From a virus (taxonomy: Duplodnaviria > Caudoviricetes): a stretch of DNA of 64,000 bases. The DNA lies in the IMG/VR virus record IMGVR_UViG_3300028832_000100. One strand, 5' to 3'. Shown here piece after piece: positions 36,892-47,818 of the stretch. Position 1 is the stretch's first letter; each line of letters begins with the position of its first letter. Both the position numbers and the translations under genes were made by a program. Under the pieces are notes generated by a model. The model searched no databases. It was given only the letters and a program-made list of their open reading frames with translations, and had not been told where the DNA came from.

Positions 36892-36982
36892 AATTATTCC
36901 CTCCTATAAAATATATTTACAAACCTGTTGCTTCGGAACTTACCAAAATATTGGGCTTATCTTTGCACACAGGAAAGTATCT

Positions 36983-37663
36983 TTATTGGTCATTTTTTCT
37001 ATAAGCGCGTCTACGACAAATACTTCTTTCCTTGAATGGGTAAACCTCATTCATAGATTTCTCAAATTCTGCCATATCAATTATTTCCGGTATTTGATCT
37101 CCAAACACACTCATATTGATTCTAAATTTTATACCAAACCTTGAAAAGAAATCTTCTGCATCAGTTTCATCTGTTACAGTTTTTGAAACATCAACCAACT
37201 TATATGTATGACAAGAATTATGTGTCTCATAATATCCAATTTCTGAATGATCTTCATATACTTTTCCATAGAAGAAACTTTCTTGCCCGAAGTTGCTTGC
37301 AATTGCTTCTGCATCTTTGTATGGGATGTTAAAAATCACAAAAGATTTTTCTTTTCCTTTGTACTCTCCCTTAATTGGGACATACTGAAATCCACCATAT
37401 TGAAGAGTGTCGTTACCGGTCTTTTCAATTCTTCTCAAAAGTTCTGTGGTTTTAAGATCATCAACCGCTTTTCTGTTATATGTGCTGAAATTTGCTGCCC
37501 ACTTTGCGAATTTTTCCTTGAACTCTTCCTCAGTGCTGTTTTCCCATCCAAGAGGATTTTCAGGAGATACAATGGCAAATGTTTTAATCTTGCCAGTTGG
37601 ATCTCCCCACAGACTTCTTTTTAATTTTCTATATCTATTGCTATTCTCTTTTATTACTCTCAT
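36983..37663 (-). CDS. DUF3293-like protein
   Basis: FAIVSPENP...GEY..EKSFVI...FGQESF. Confidence 0.55.
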   Translation of the reverse strand: MRVIKENSNRYRKLKRSLWGDPTGKIKTFAIVSPENPLGWENSTEEEFKEKFAKWAANFSTYNRKAVDDLKTTELLRRIEKTGNDTLQYGGFQYVPIKGEYKGKEKSFVIFNIPYKDAEAIASNFGQESFFYGKVYEDHSEIGYYETHNSCHTYKLVDVSKTVTDETDAEDFFSRFGIKFRINMSVFGDQIPEIIDMAEFEKSMNEVYPFKERSICRRRAYRKNDQ

Positions 37664-37664
37664 A

Positions 37665-38876
37665 TTACTTTCCCAAGTTTATTTTATAAATGGCGTCACA
37701 AACATTCTGTGGTGTTGCAATAATCAGCGTTTGAGATGGCTCGCTGTGTAATCTCAAATTCATCGCATAATCGTCTGTCCCCATAAGACTTCCGTTGCCA
37801 ACCGTAACGCACCCGCATTTCTCATCTGCTGAAAAATGATGTAAATGTGCAGTACACATAAGATCATAACTCTGCCTTGTCACAAGGGTAATTTTATCAA
37901 GAGCAACCAACGGTTTATCCTTATCTCCGTGCACACCTGCAACATTATGACCGCAGACAGTGCATGTTATAATATCTTCTGAAAACTCGTTGTCATATAT
38001 ACTAACATCAAATCCCTTTAATCTCTGTCTTAAATAGAACGGAATAAATCTTGCAAGGGATTCAAGATCTAATGATTCACTCTTGTTTGGTTCAATTCTT
38101 GAATGGTTGTCTAAACAATCAAAATAAGAGATGTGCATTTTTTCAGAAAGTCTAACAATCATCTCTGCAAGAATTTCGCTTACTTCCATGATTTGGGAAA
38201 TTACATCTTCCCTGCTTTGAATGCGAATTTGTGTATGAATTCTTCCTGCAATAAGATCGGACAGGTTAATAATTGTTAGATTTCTTATGCAGTTTTCCTC
38301 ACATCTTTTAATAACTTCTGCAACAAGTCTTGAAACTCTTTCTCTACAAATTTCTGGGTTAAAACGATTATAGGCGTTTTCAAACTCTAACCCATAATGC
38401 CAGTCGCTTATTAGAAGAATACCTTCTTTTACACTGTTTGTTGCATATTTTTCAAAAAACTTATCAACGGAAAGAGCCTTCTCCTTTGACATTCTATCTG
38501 CAAAAGATTCAGCAATCTCTTTTATACTCTCTTCTCTTGCAAGTCTTCTTACATACCTACCATTTTGAACTCTTTCATCAGAAAGTTTTGCTCTTTCTTT
38601 CTTGATCTCCAACAAAATGTCTTGAAGATTAGACAGATACGAAGATTCATCATCACTTAATACCGCTTCTGATTTTTGATTGTCTGTCATAGAATGATAC
38701 AACTTCCTAAAACGACTTTCATCCTTGTGTATACCAGAAGCATCTTCTATAATTTTTGCGAACTCTGACCATGAACAGTCAAGAAGGTCTTTCAAAAGAA
38801 CAACCCTCTGAATATAATCCTTGTCTTCCTCATTGGGAAGTCTTTGAAACTTATCCTGCAATTCTGATCTATCCAT
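37665..38876 (-). CDS. Metallophosphoesterase-fold protein
   Basis: ISDWHYG, SDLI.G, DNHSR, VHGD, AHLHH. Confidence 0.8.
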   Translation of the reverse strand: MDRSELQDKFQRLPNEEDKDYIQRVVLLKDLLDCSWSEFAKIIEDASGIHKDESRFRKLYHSMTDNQKSEAVLSDDESSYLSNLQDILLEIKKERAKLSDERVQNGRYVRRLAREESIKEIAESFADRMSKEKALSVDKFFEKYATNSVKEGILLISDWHYGLEFENAYNRFNPEICRERVSRLVAEVIKRCEENCIRNLTIINLSDLIAGRIHTQIRIQSREDVISQIMEVSEILAEMIVRLSEKMHISYFDCLDNHSRIEPNKSESLDLESLARFIPFYLRQRLKGFDVSIYDNEFSEDIITCTVCGHNVAGVHGDKDKPLVALDKITLVTRQSYDLMCTAHLHHFSADEKCGCVTVGNGSLMGTDDYAMNLRLHSEPSQTLIIATPQNVCDAIYKINLGK

Positions 38877-38877
38877 A

Positions 38878-39360
38878 TTATTCCTCGTCTTCATCAGTAT
38901 TTTCTACTACTATCATGTTATCTTCTGATTTTATTCTTGATAGATATGCTTGAACAGCACTCAACACTTTTTCTTTTGATTGTCTGTCAAGACCATCACC
39001 AAGACCAATGTTTAACTCGTTTGTAGTATTATTTATATTAATAACAGGACACTCATCGACCTGATTTAATGACTTGTTTGATTTCTCGATGGATTCTTGA
39101 ACAACTTTCATATAAGATATAAGATCGCTATTACTAAACTCATCTGACCGTTTATTCAGTCGCTCCTGCATTTCGTCAGAAACAGAATCTAAAAGATTGT
39201 TTAGTTTCATAAGTCTTGCAACATTCTTCTTTGACATATTCATGTTGAATAATGTTGTAAGATCTTTTATCTTTCCTATATCTTCTTCTGCAATTATTTC
39301 ATCAGCAATTTTTGCTGTTTTTTCTTCAAGTTCATCATATTTTTTTGGTAAATTTTCCAT
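38878..39360 (-). CDS. Hypothetical protein
   Basis: ORF in operon. Confidence 0.7.
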   Translation of the reverse strand: MENLPKKYDELEEKTAKIADEIIAEEDIGKIKDLTTLFNMNMSKKNVARLMKLNNLLDSVSDEMQERLNKRSDEFSNSDLISYMKVVQESIEKSNKSLNQVDECPVININNTTNELNIGLGDGLDRQSKEKVLSAVQAYLSRIKSEDNMIVVENTDEDEE

Positions 39361-39361
39361 A

Positions 39362-39682
39362 TTACAGTATATTCTTATATGTAGAAATTATCTTGCTTGA
39401 TAAACTATCTTCCAATGCCTTTGACAATGGATCAAATCCATCAAAAGCGGATGTAATTTTTTCTTCCATCATCTTGTTAGGTATGAACTTGTATCTAACG
39501 CCGCAATCGGTCATACCAATACATAGATTTCCAATCCCAATATCTGCTACGAGAACATCATCATTACTCATTGTTGCAACGGCATGGGCTACACACAAGG
39601 TTTCTTTATTTTTTAATGATTCTATTGTTACTCTCGGTATATTAGTGACAGAGGATAAATTGTCAACAACATCAATATTCAC
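39362..39682 (-). CDS. Hypothetical protein
   Basis: ORF in operon. Confidence 0.65.
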   Translation of the reverse strand: MNIDVVDNLSSVTNIPRVTIESLKNKETLCVAHAVATMSNDDVLVADIGIGNLCIGMTDCGVRYKFIPNKMMEEKITSAFDGFDPLSKALEDSLSSKIISTYKNIL

Positions 39683-39881
39683 TTCTGTTAATCCTCCTCA
39701 TTACTTTTATTGGCTCTTTTCTTTGCAAATAATCCAAACTATATTTCATTGTATCTTCGTAGGATGAATAAGATTCTTCAAGTCTTTCTTTAACAGCATT
39801 TTCTAAAACTACATCCTTGTCATTTTGCATGGAATCTATGTCACAAAAAATGTGCATTATTTGTTCTTTTAGTTCACTCAT
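39672..39881 (-). CDS. Hypothetical protein
   Basis: ORF in operon. Confidence 0.6.
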   Translation of the reverse strand: MSELKEQIMHIFCDIDSMQNDKDVVLENAVKERLEESYSSYEDTMKYSLDYLQRKEPIKVMRRINRSEY

Positions 39882-40279
39882 TTATCCATCACCGATTGTA
39901 GTGTATATTTATTAGTGTCAAATGTATAGTTTTGAATCACATTGCAAATAGATTCATATGCACTTTGAATGTTCTTTGCATTTGGTCTTAATTCTCTCAC
40001 CTCATTGAGAGAAGTTGCATAGTCTTTACCTTCAACATTCACAAGTTGATACAGTAAAAGCCCACAAGTTACAGTTTCTAACTCCGATATTGTAGGTACA
40101 CGAATGGTCATCCCACCGAACATTTCAATAAAACGGAGCATATTTTTTCTATCAAGCACATAAGACATTTCAGACAAAACTTCATATTCTGGATTTCCAA
40201 TTAACTTATACAATGAAAACAAGATAATGGAATTTATATCATATTCTTTTAATTTATTTAATTCATTCTTGATCGCCAT
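39878..40279 (-). CDS. Hypothetical protein (Mor-like motif)
   Basis: FIEMFGGMTIRVP. Confidence 0.6.
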   Translation of the reverse strand: MAIKNELNKLKEYDINSIILFSLYKLIGNPEYEVLSEMSYVLDRKNMLRFIEMFGGMTIRVPTISELETVTCGLLLYQLVNVEGKDYATSLNEVRELRPNAKNIQSAYESICNVIQNYTFDTNKYTLQSVMDK

Positions 40280-41177
40280 ATATTGCTACTCCGGTACATT
40301 CCTCGATTTGGTTAAGAATTAAACTATCAATCACTGCATCTGACGGTTCCCATGAATGTATGACCGCAGATAAATCTCTTGCAAGTGTCTTCTTACTTCT
40401 ATTAGCCAAAAACAGAATATAGTTTTTTAAGTCCTTGCAGTTACCGTATGCTATTACAGATTTTAATGGGTCTGAATATTCGCGCATTCTTGCAGTATAA
40501 AATTCATAGACACCACTTGTCATCTTTTGAACCTTTTTCATATCTTCTGCCGACAAAGTTATTTGGTTAATGATAGTCAATAGAACACTTGCATATAGAT
40601 CACTGAATATATCTTTCCGTCCAAAATATGGTGTCCGTTTACAAGTTTCATAAACGCATTTTGGAAGTGTTTCCAAGCACATTGAAAATTCACACCCGTT
40701 GTAATCGTGATAGCTTTTATAAGCAAGCAATATTCTATCACGGTCAACATCATGTGCATCACAATCTTCATAGGACTTGTATGTTTGATTGAAGTTTAAC
40801 TGCTCAAAATCCACCTTTCTTGCATAGATTGTTGAACGAATATAATTCGTTATACTCTTAATCTTTTGCATTTGTGGATTTCCGTTATTGTCAAAAACAA
40901 ACTGCTTCTTGTTTTTCAGCCGATTAAAAAGATATGTTGCACAATGTAAAGAAAATTCATCATAATAATCTGCCCTTCGGAAGAAATTATGCTTTCTTGC
41001 AAACATTTCGCATAGAAGATAAAGGTACTCAAACAACTTATCATCTTTGCAATTTTCGCTATATGCATTTTCATCAATCCACATAGCCATATCTACATAT
41101 CGGACACCAAGTGGCTTTTTATAAGTCATTACACTTTTCACAAAGTAGTATGAGTGAAATGTCGAAAACAAGTTCAC
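40263..41177 (-). CDS. Hypothetical protein, possibly a divergent sigma factor
   Basis: Helical; adjacent to sbcCD; weak resemblance to sigma region 2. Confidence 0.4.
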   Translation of the reverse strand: MNLFSTFHSYYFVKSVMTYKKPLGVRYVDMAMWIDENAYSENCKDDKLFEYLYLLCEMFARKHNFFRRADYYDEFSLHCATYLFNRLKNKKQFVFDNNGNPQMQKIKSITNYIRSTIYARKVDFEQLNFNQTYKSYEDCDAHDVDRDRILLAYKSYHDYNGCEFSMCLETLPKCVYETCKRTPYFGRKDIFSDLYASVLLTIINQITLSAEDMKKVQKMTSGVYEFYTARMREYSDPLKSVIAYGNCKDLKNYILFLANRSKKTLARDLSAVIHSWEPSDAVIDSLILNQIEECTGVAIYGDQE

Positions 41178-43039
41178 TCTACTCTGCTGATGTTACCATC
41201 CTTTACAACTTTTAATATGCTGTCATACGGAATTTGCAAATCGGAGTGGTGTGTAATGATAAAAACGGTTTCAAGATCATTAAGTTCATTTGCAATAAAA
41301 TCGATAATTGTTTTTGAACTTTCACAATCCAAATTATCAAAAATCTCATCCAAAACAATAATGTTAGAAGAAAAGTCCTCTGTTTTACAGAGCATTTTTC
41401 TAATAGCAAATTGAATAATGAGATCAACCTTTTGCTTCTCGCCACCTGACAAAGATTCATACTCTCTGTCAAACAATGTTATATTTAGAGAATTTCCATC
41501 GAGATAGAAAGAAACACACGGTTCTCCAAAAATTCTTTCACTATATGACTTTGCTATATTATTAATATAAGAAACAACCCCGGAAAGCAAATAACCCCTA
41601 AAATCTCTGTTTGCAAGATTAGAAATTTTAGAAAGTGCATCAATATGGCTTTGCAGTTTTTGTTTCTCTGCAATATAATACAACTCTTGTTCTTGAAATT
41701 TTTGAAGTTTGTTTTCTAATTCTTTTATCTCTTCCTTAATAGATAAAATAGATTCATTATATTTGTCTATGTCGGATTTCAGAATGAATGACTCGGTTTT
41801 CAAAGAACTGACTTTACCTTCAAAGTTTCTTTTCTCTACCTCATGTTTCTTTTTCTCATCATTCAGCGTTATAATAGTATTATCATTGTCAGTAAGAAAC
41901 CTTTTGTATTCTTCTTCAATGACCGACAGTTCCGCATCTTGATTTGAAATCAAATCTTTTAAGGAATCATTTTCTTGTGATATGGTCGTTTTCAGTTTCC
42001 CTATTTCTTCTGTCAATGGTGCTGTATCTACTTTAACAACATTTGGAATTTTTTGTCCGCAGGTTGGGCAAATATCCGTAATAGAATCCAGCCGATTTTT
42101 CTCCTGCATTAAATATGGGAGTCTTGATTGAAGATCATATATATTCGATTTCTTTTCATCTATTAAATTAGAATATTTACTGGAAACGAAATTTCGTTTT
42201 GAAACATAAATTTCGTTTTGTTTCGTTCTTTCTTCGTTTGCTTTTGATATATTGGATTCTATTTTTGATAACAAATCTTCTAAATTGATAATCTGTTTTT
42301 CAAACTCTTCAATATTTTTATCTACTTCGATCTTCTTATCAACAAGTTCTTGGATCGACTTTGCATTGTTTAACTGATCTTTTACTTTGTTTAATTCTTT
42401 CTCACAAAAACTCTTACTGACTGAAAATTCAGTTATCTTTGATTCAGCATCTCTCATGCTTGAAGATAGTGTATCTTTTCTTAATGAAATCCTATTCTTT
42501 ATATCCTCGATCATGTAATCTGATTTTGTCAATTTTTCAAGTAATTCTTTTCGTCCAGACGGTGATCTGCTTGAAAGCTTACATGGAAGTCCTTGACCGA
42601 GCAGAATAACAGATCCGATTAGGTCAGATGTAATGTCTGGGAGAATGGTTGACAAAATGGATTCTCCGTCCCTTAATCCTTTACCAGACACATCCTTACC
42701 ATCCATCAATATATTTAGATTGGTTTTATATATGGAATGATCTTTTGTTCTTCTAACAATATAATCTGTTCCATTAACGGAAAATGATAATGTGACACAA
42801 GCACCATCACTTCCGTACCTGTTAGATACATCTTTGTTTCCTCTTATAGTATCCCCTGTTAAGCACCAACTAATGGCTTCCCATATACTACTTTTTCCTG
42901 ATCCGTTTGAAGAATAATATTCTCTGTTTCCGTCTATGCTCCCTTGAACAAGCACATATCCACCATTCTCTAAAAAAATGTGTGCTGATTCAAAAGACAT
43001 AAAATTCTCAATGACAATATCTTTGAATCGAATTATCAT
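41174..43039 (-). CDS. SbcC/Rad50/gp46-like ATPase
   Basis: NGSGKSS, coiled coil with CPTCG hook, LSGGE, VLDE. Confidence 0.93.
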   Translation of the reverse strand: MIIRFKDIVIENFMSFESAHIFLENGGYVLVQGSIDGNREYYSSNGSGKSSIWEAISWCLTGDTIRGNKDVSNRYGSDGACVTLSFSVNGTDYIVRRTKDHSIYKTNLNILMDGKDVSGKGLRDGESILSTILPDITSDLIGSVILLGQGLPCKLSSRSPSGRKELLEKLTKSDYMIEDIKNRISLRKDTLSSSMRDAESKITEFSVSKSFCEKELNKVKDQLNNAKSIQELVDKKIEVDKNIEEFEKQIINLEDLLSKIESNISKANEERTKQNEIYVSKRNFVSSKYSNLIDEKKSNIYDLQSRLPYLMQEKNRLDSITDICPTCGQKIPNVVKVDTAPLTEEIGKLKTTISQENDSLKDLISNQDAELSVIEEEYKRFLTDNDNTIITLNDEKKKHEVEKRNFEGKVSSLKTESFILKSDIDKYNESILSIKEEIKELENKLQKFQEQELYYIAEKQKLQSHIDALSKISNLANRDFRGYLLSGVVSYINNIAKSYSERIFGEPCVSFYLDGNSLNITLFDREYESLSGGEKQKVDLIIQFAIRKMLCKTEDFSSNIIVLDEIFDNLDCESSKTIIDFIANELNDLETVFIITHHSDLQIPYDSILKVVKDGNISRVE

Positions 43040-43040
43040 T

Positions 43041-44075
43041 CTATTCTCCTTCGCAGATTAGGTTTAGTTCTTCCGCAACGACTAAATCGTTCCCAAGAAC
43101 ATTTATAATAAATTCTGAAAACTTGTTTTTTGGCGTTGAAGAGTCATTAAAAAGTTGTTCCTTATCGGAATACTCACTTCTCGTTACAGTAATTTTATAA
43201 TATTTAATATTGTTGTTTTCCTTTATGATTTTTCTTACAGAATCCGCTTCTTGTTCTTCGCATGAAACAGATACTACTGCATTTTTCATATATGTAACAG
43301 AATCACATAACTTTTTTGTGTCTACTTTGTAAAAATTAAAAGCAAATGGATTTTCTACATATTGTATTGAAAACGATTCTGTATTGAAAATTGCAATATT
43401 GTGGCTATACTGAAATCCGTCTTCTGAAAAATTTTGCCCTGTAACATTTCCAATATTGATAATCTTATCTGTCACTCTCATAAAATTATGAAGATGACCA
43501 TTTATGCACATATCAAAATACTTGCTAACTTCTTCGATGTTCAAACCGCTTGTTGACACATACTTCCCATACTGCAACCCATTTATCTCATTGTGGCTCA
43601 AAAGAAGTCTTTTATTGCTTTGAAACAATGTATTACCAAAAATATCTTCAAGAGATATTGATTCATTGTTATTCGTACTTACATAGGGCAAGAAATAAAT
43701 GCCAACACCGCTGATAGATATTCCAGATGGTTTGTCAATTACAAAAGAGTTTGGAATAGAAGCAAGTACATTTGTTGCATTATAAGAAAGGCTCTTATTG
43801 GAAGCATCGTGATTTCCAACAATGTAATAATGGGGAATAGATACATCCCATTGAACCTCTTTTAATGCCGATATTTCCTCGCTGTTCAACTCCGGCTTAT
43901 CAAAGAAATCCCCACAATTAAAAATTGCGCTACAAGAATATCTTTTTGCTGTTTCTTCAATAAATAACAATGTGTTTAGTTGGTTCTCCAACCGATCAGA
44001 AAATCTGTTCCCTCTTCCTCTTATAATTGAAGAGTTTTGACAAAAATGATTGTCAGAGTAAACAAGTATGTTCAT
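43041..44075 (-). CDS. SbcD/Mre11/gp47-like nuclease
   Basis: SDNH, GDFFD, GNHD, SH, GHLH. Confidence 0.92.
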   Translation of the reverse strand: MNILVYSDNHFCQNSSIIRGRGNRFSDRLENQLNTLLFIEETAKRYSCSAIFNCGDFFDKPELNSEEISALKEVQWDVSIPHYYIVGNHDASNKSLSYNATNVLASIPNSFVIDKPSGISISGVGIYFLPYVSTNNNESISLEDIFGNTLFQSNKRLLLSHNEINGLQYGKYVSTSGLNIEEVSKYFDMCINGHLHNFMRVTDKIINIGNVTGQNFSEDGFQYSHNIAIFNTESFSIQYVENPFAFNFYKVDTKKLCDSVTYMKNAVVSVSCEEQEADSVRKIIKENNNIKYYKITVTRSEYSDKEQLFNDSSTPKNKFSEFIINVLGNDLVVAEELNLICEGE

Positions 44076-44957
44076 TTACCTCTCCGATAGTATCTTTGCG
44101 ACAATATATGAAATCATATCTGACTGAATAAAATTTCCGGTTTTAATTCCTTCGTCCACGGAATTCAAAAAATGTAGAATTTTAATAAGTGCCTTTGTAG
44201 AATACCTTCCTGTAAGTTTTGAAACAACATAAAACTGTTTTGAATTCATACCGAGTTTATCTGCTGTTGGACACGGACTACCCTGTATCAAAAGAATATT
44301 TCTAAAATTATTTGATAAAAGAGTTACAATCCCAAAAACTTCATCATCGGAATATTTGCCAGAAATCAATTCATTTTTCGCTTTTTGTATATCCCTCTCA
44401 CAAAGAGAATTAACAAGATTAAAAACATTTTTATTTACACACCCACTAATTGTTCCATCTGCAAGAAAATCTTTTAGTACATACTTTCTTTCTTGCTCGG
44501 AAAATATTTGCACCTTTTCACATTCATTATATGCAAAATATGCGTCGCTATCAACAGAATCATGCAAATCTTGCAATGCACTATTTTCAGCACCGAAGCA
44601 CATAGTGTCTATCATTTCATCTATTTGCCACTTTTCCAATTTTGGAACTTTGCATACATAATCTTCCGACAGATTCTTTCCTGCTTTTTTGCAAACAATA
44701 TAAACATTTTCTTTGCAAAGATCATCAACGGAATCAATAGAATCTACATGACACAGCATAATGTTGTCATTGTCGGAGAACATTGAAAAAGCACTATTTT
44801 GAAGGGTTGACAAGTCCGCATATTGTATTTGTTTGTTTGAAAGATTTGCAATTTCTTTGACATATTGATCTGGAATAAAATTGCAATCGGATTGGAACAC
44901 AATGAATTTTGGTGCCTGACCGCTTTCCACCATCTTCTTTACAAACTCTATATTCAC
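44076..44957 (-). CDS. Clamp loader delta subunit-like (HolA)
   Basis: NECEK, NVFNLV, C-terminal DEGIKTG; context. Confidence 0.65.
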   Translation of the reverse strand: MNIEFVKKMVESGQAPKFIVFQSDCNFIPDQYVKEIANLSNKQIQYADLSTLQNSAFSMFSDNDNIMLCHVDSIDSVDDLCKENVYIVCKKAGKNLSEDYVCKVPKLEKWQIDEMIDTMCFGAENSALQDLHDSVDSDAYFAYNECEKVQIFSEQERKYVLKDFLADGTISGCVNKNVFNLVNSLCERDIQKAKNELISGKYSDDEVFGIVTLLSNNFRNILLIQGSPCPTADKLGMNSKQFYVVSKLTGRYSTKALIKILHFLNSVDEGIKTGNFIQSDMISYIVAKILSER

Positions 44958-44961
44958 ACTA

Positions 44962-45759
44962 TTACTCCCACAATAGATTTTTCATTTTTGCATCAATCAA
45001 GAAATTTTCAAAAATGTTCTTTTTTGATAAATTATTCATTTCTAACTTTTTGCACATGGATAATATTTCAGAATAAAGAGGATAAACATCTGAATTTTTC
45101 AAACAATTCTTGTATATTGTATTTCTTAAAATTCCGACAAACGGCAGAAAATCAAGTCGATCATTGTTTGTTAATTTTTTGTCAAAGTTAAACTTGTTTG
45201 GTATTGTTAGAACATTTGATATGTTGGCACGATTTAGGTTCTTAACCATGTTGTTTACCAACGACTGATAGGGTTCTAAATCTATATCTTTGTAATTTAG
45301 AATTTCACCCGGAGTTTCAAACAGTTCAAGAATATATGGATTGGAGCCATTATAAAAATGGCTTAATTGCTCATTCGTGTAAGGAACAAAATGAATTTGA
45401 TAACATCTATTCATTATTGTTTCGAGAAGTTTTCCATCCTCGCAAATAACACAAGCAATACACAATTTAGGTGGTTCTTCCAAAAATTTTAACAGCGAAT
45501 ACTGATCCTTTTCTGATAAAGAATCGCCATCAATAATATATAGCATCGGAACACTATTAACATATATCTCAATAATGTCATCAAAATTCAGTTTTTTGGT
45601 TATATCCTTTTTCTGAATATTCAGTTTTTCAGCAATGTTGCTGGCAGTCGTTTTTCTACCGCTCCCACGCTTGCCAACCAATGCAATAGATCTCGGACAA
45701 GTTTCGATTGTTAAATTTTCTACAAAGTTATTGATCTCATCTTGAAATAGCAACTTCAT
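44962..45759 (-). CDS. Clamp loader delta-prime-like (HolB)
   Basis: GKRGSGR, SLLKFLEEPP, LLETIMNRC. Confidence 0.8.
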   Translation of the reverse strand: MKLLFQDEINNFVENLTIETCPRSIALVGKRGSGRKTTASNIAEKLNIQKKDITKKLNFDDIIEIYVNSVPMLYIIDGDSLSEKDQYSLLKFLEEPPKLCIACVICEDGKLLETIMNRCYQIHFVPYTNEQLSHFYNGSNPYILELFETPGEILNYKDIDLEPYQSLVNNMVKNLNRANISNVLTIPNKFNFDKKLTNNDRLDFLPFVGILRNTIYKNCLKNSDVYPLYSEILSMCKKLEMNNLSKKNIFENFLIDAKMKNLLWE

Positions 45760-46778
45760 TATTTACACCTTGCAATCTGTAACAATGCAATCTCTACGGT
45801 TTCTTTCGGGTAGGAATCCCCTTTTAACTTTTGTTTTAGATCAAGAAGTTTATCCAACACCCAAGAATAGTAAGCAGGTGCATTATCAAAATTTATGCAC
45901 TTCTTAATAGATTCTTCTGCTGATTGTGGAAGTTGCAACAATGAAAAATCACCAAACAACGCATATTTATCAATGTCAAGACAAAACGAGATGAACTGAT
46001 CCACAAACAATTTTATATCCGTTCCGTTTTGATATGCCTCATACACAACCTTCAAAACAGTCTTATCATCACCGTCTATGCAACCATTTATTAGACTAAA
46101 ATAGGAATCAATCCCAAATCTTCCAAGACTTGCCAAAACATTATTAGCCGTAATTTGATTGGAGTATCCAGCACATTTTTCAAGCATTGACAATGACTGT
46201 CTTATGCTACCGCCACAAATTCGAGAAATGTAATCAATACCATCATCAAAATCCTCAAAACCCTCTTGAATACATACATATTTCAGTCTGTTATATATTT
46301 CTTGTGGCTTTGCCTTTTTAATGTCAAATCTCTGACATCTGTTGATGATCGTCTGCGGAATTTTCTGCGGGTCGGTTGTGCAGAACATAAAAATTGTGAA
46401 TTCAGGTGGCTCTTCAATGCACTTCAAAAGAACTTGAAAAGCAGCTGTCCCAAAAGCGTGTGCTTCATCAAAAATATAAATCTTATATTTACCTTCTAAT
46501 GATCTTTCAGAAGCAGAAGCTACAATCTCTCTTGCATTATCAACACCACTATTAGAAGCGGCATCAATCTCTATTGGGCTTCCAACACCCTTATTTATGG
46601 CATTTGCCACTATACGAGCGAGTGAAGTCTTTCCGGCTCCTGTTTCCCCACAAAAAAGATAGCAGTGTGGAAATCGGTTGATTTCTATCTGCCTTTTAAG
46701 AATCTTGACAACAGAATCCTGTGCTATAACCTCATCAAAGGTTTTGGGTCTATATTTGGTGTGTAAAGATTCAGCCAT
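45759..46778 (-). CDS. dnaX: Clamp loader gamma/tau subunit
   Basis: KYRPKTF, GETGAGKT, EIDAAS, DEAH, LLKCIEEPP, NRC. Confidence 0.92.
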   Translation of the reverse strand: MAESLHTKYRPKTFDEVIAQDSVVKILKRQIEINRFPHCYLFCGETGAGKTSLARIVANAINKGVGSPIEIDAASNSGVDNAREIVASASERSLEGKYKIYIFDEAHAFGTAAFQVLLKCIEEPPEFTIFMFCTTDPQKIPQTIINRCQRFDIKKAKPQEIYNRLKYVCIQEGFEDFDDGIDYISRICGGSIRQSLSMLEKCAGYSNQITANNVLASLGRFGIDSYFSLINGCIDGDDKTVLKVVYEAYQNGTDIKLFVDQFISFCLDIDKYALFGDFSLLQLPQSAEESIKKCINFDNAPAYYSWVLDKLLDLKQKLKGDSYPKETVEIALLQIARCK

Positions 46779-47154
46779 TACTTAAATTCCTTTTCACTTT
46801 GATTGATTTTCGTGGAAGCCATCCCATCCACACTTCTCCAACATTTTCTCTTGTTTTTATATCAAATCCCATTCCCTCTATCTTTATCATCTTTCCCATA
46901 ATTGCAGTAATAATAATCCTCATATACTTTTGCGTTGGGACAATACCATTATTCCAATTCTTGTGTAATGTAAAGTTTTCCGATGGATGAATAATGTAAT
47001 CCTCTAACTCAATTAAATAAAAACCTCCGACTTGAACATCTGCTGTCAATAATGTTTCTTGCTTATCAATTTGAAGAACATTAAAATCATTTGGTATATC
47101 AGATAAATCAACAGCCGTAACAAGTTTCAATTGTTTGCACAATGTATCACTCAT
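46771..47154 (-). CDS. Hypothetical protein
   Basis: ORF in operon. Confidence 0.65.
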   Translation of the reverse strand: MSDTLCKQLKLVTAVDLSDIPNDFNVLQIDKQETLLTADVQVGGFYLIELEDYIIHPSENFTLHKNWNNGIVPTQKYMRIIITAIMGKMIKIEGMGFDIKTRENVGEVWMGWLPRKSIKVKRNLSNG

Positions 47155-47818
47155 TGTAAGGGTTCATATAAACGGCAGAAAAGTCTGCCATGTGTAAAAC
47201 AGCAGCAAGAGGATGTTTTCTATATACCTCTCCAAGACTTTCTACATTCAGCACGTTAGAGTCAAACGGACCTGCATGGTGAAGAATAGCACAAGATTCT
47301 TCAATGTTGATTGGCATAAAGCACCTAACAATATATTCCGATTCTTGACCACGAGATCCATAGCAGAATCTTTCAGACGCATCTCTAACCTTAAATGCTT
47401 TTTGTGCAACCCAGTCAAATTTTCCAATTTCATCGGACTTGCTTCCAAACGAAGAATACACCTTCTTGTTTTGCACATATTCTTCATACAAATTAGACTT
47501 GCTGATGTCATGCAATAAGCATACAATAGCAATAGAAGTTTCTGCATCTTCTGACAATGCAAGCTTATCAACTAAACTTCTGTTGTTGTTAAGGAATGAC
47601 ATACCAAAAGAATAAACAGAAAGACAGTGCTCACACAAGCCACCTTCATAAGCACCATAACTCTTCGTTGAAGCCGGTGCATGGAAAAACCTGTGAGAGT
47701 TTAGATATTCTGCAAGGCTGTCTAAACGAAATGACGGTCTTTTTTCCTTTATTTTCTGTAACAAAGATAGAAATGTTGACTTGTTGGCTTCAATTTCTTC
47801 TTGTGTAAGAGCCATCAC
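47147..47818 (-). CDS. HD-domain phosphohydrolase
   Basis: FFHAPAST...GGLCEH...LLHDISK...HMAD. Confidence 0.85.
   Translation of the reverse strand: MMALTQEEIEANKSTFLSLLQKIKEKRPSFRLDSLAEYLNSHRFFHAPASTKSYGAYEGGLCEHCLSVYSFGMSFLNNNRSLVDKLALSEDAETSIAIVCLLHDISKSNLYEEYVQNKKVYSSFGSKSDEIGKFDWVAQKAFKVRDASERFCYGSRGQESEYIVRCFMPINIEESCAILHHAGPFDSNVLNVESLGEVYRKHPLAAVLHMADFSAVYMNPYNE

Noticed and set aside
36900-36982. Possible structured leader (CCUGU/ACAGG pairing)
   Set aside because: Too little pairing and no recognisable motif.
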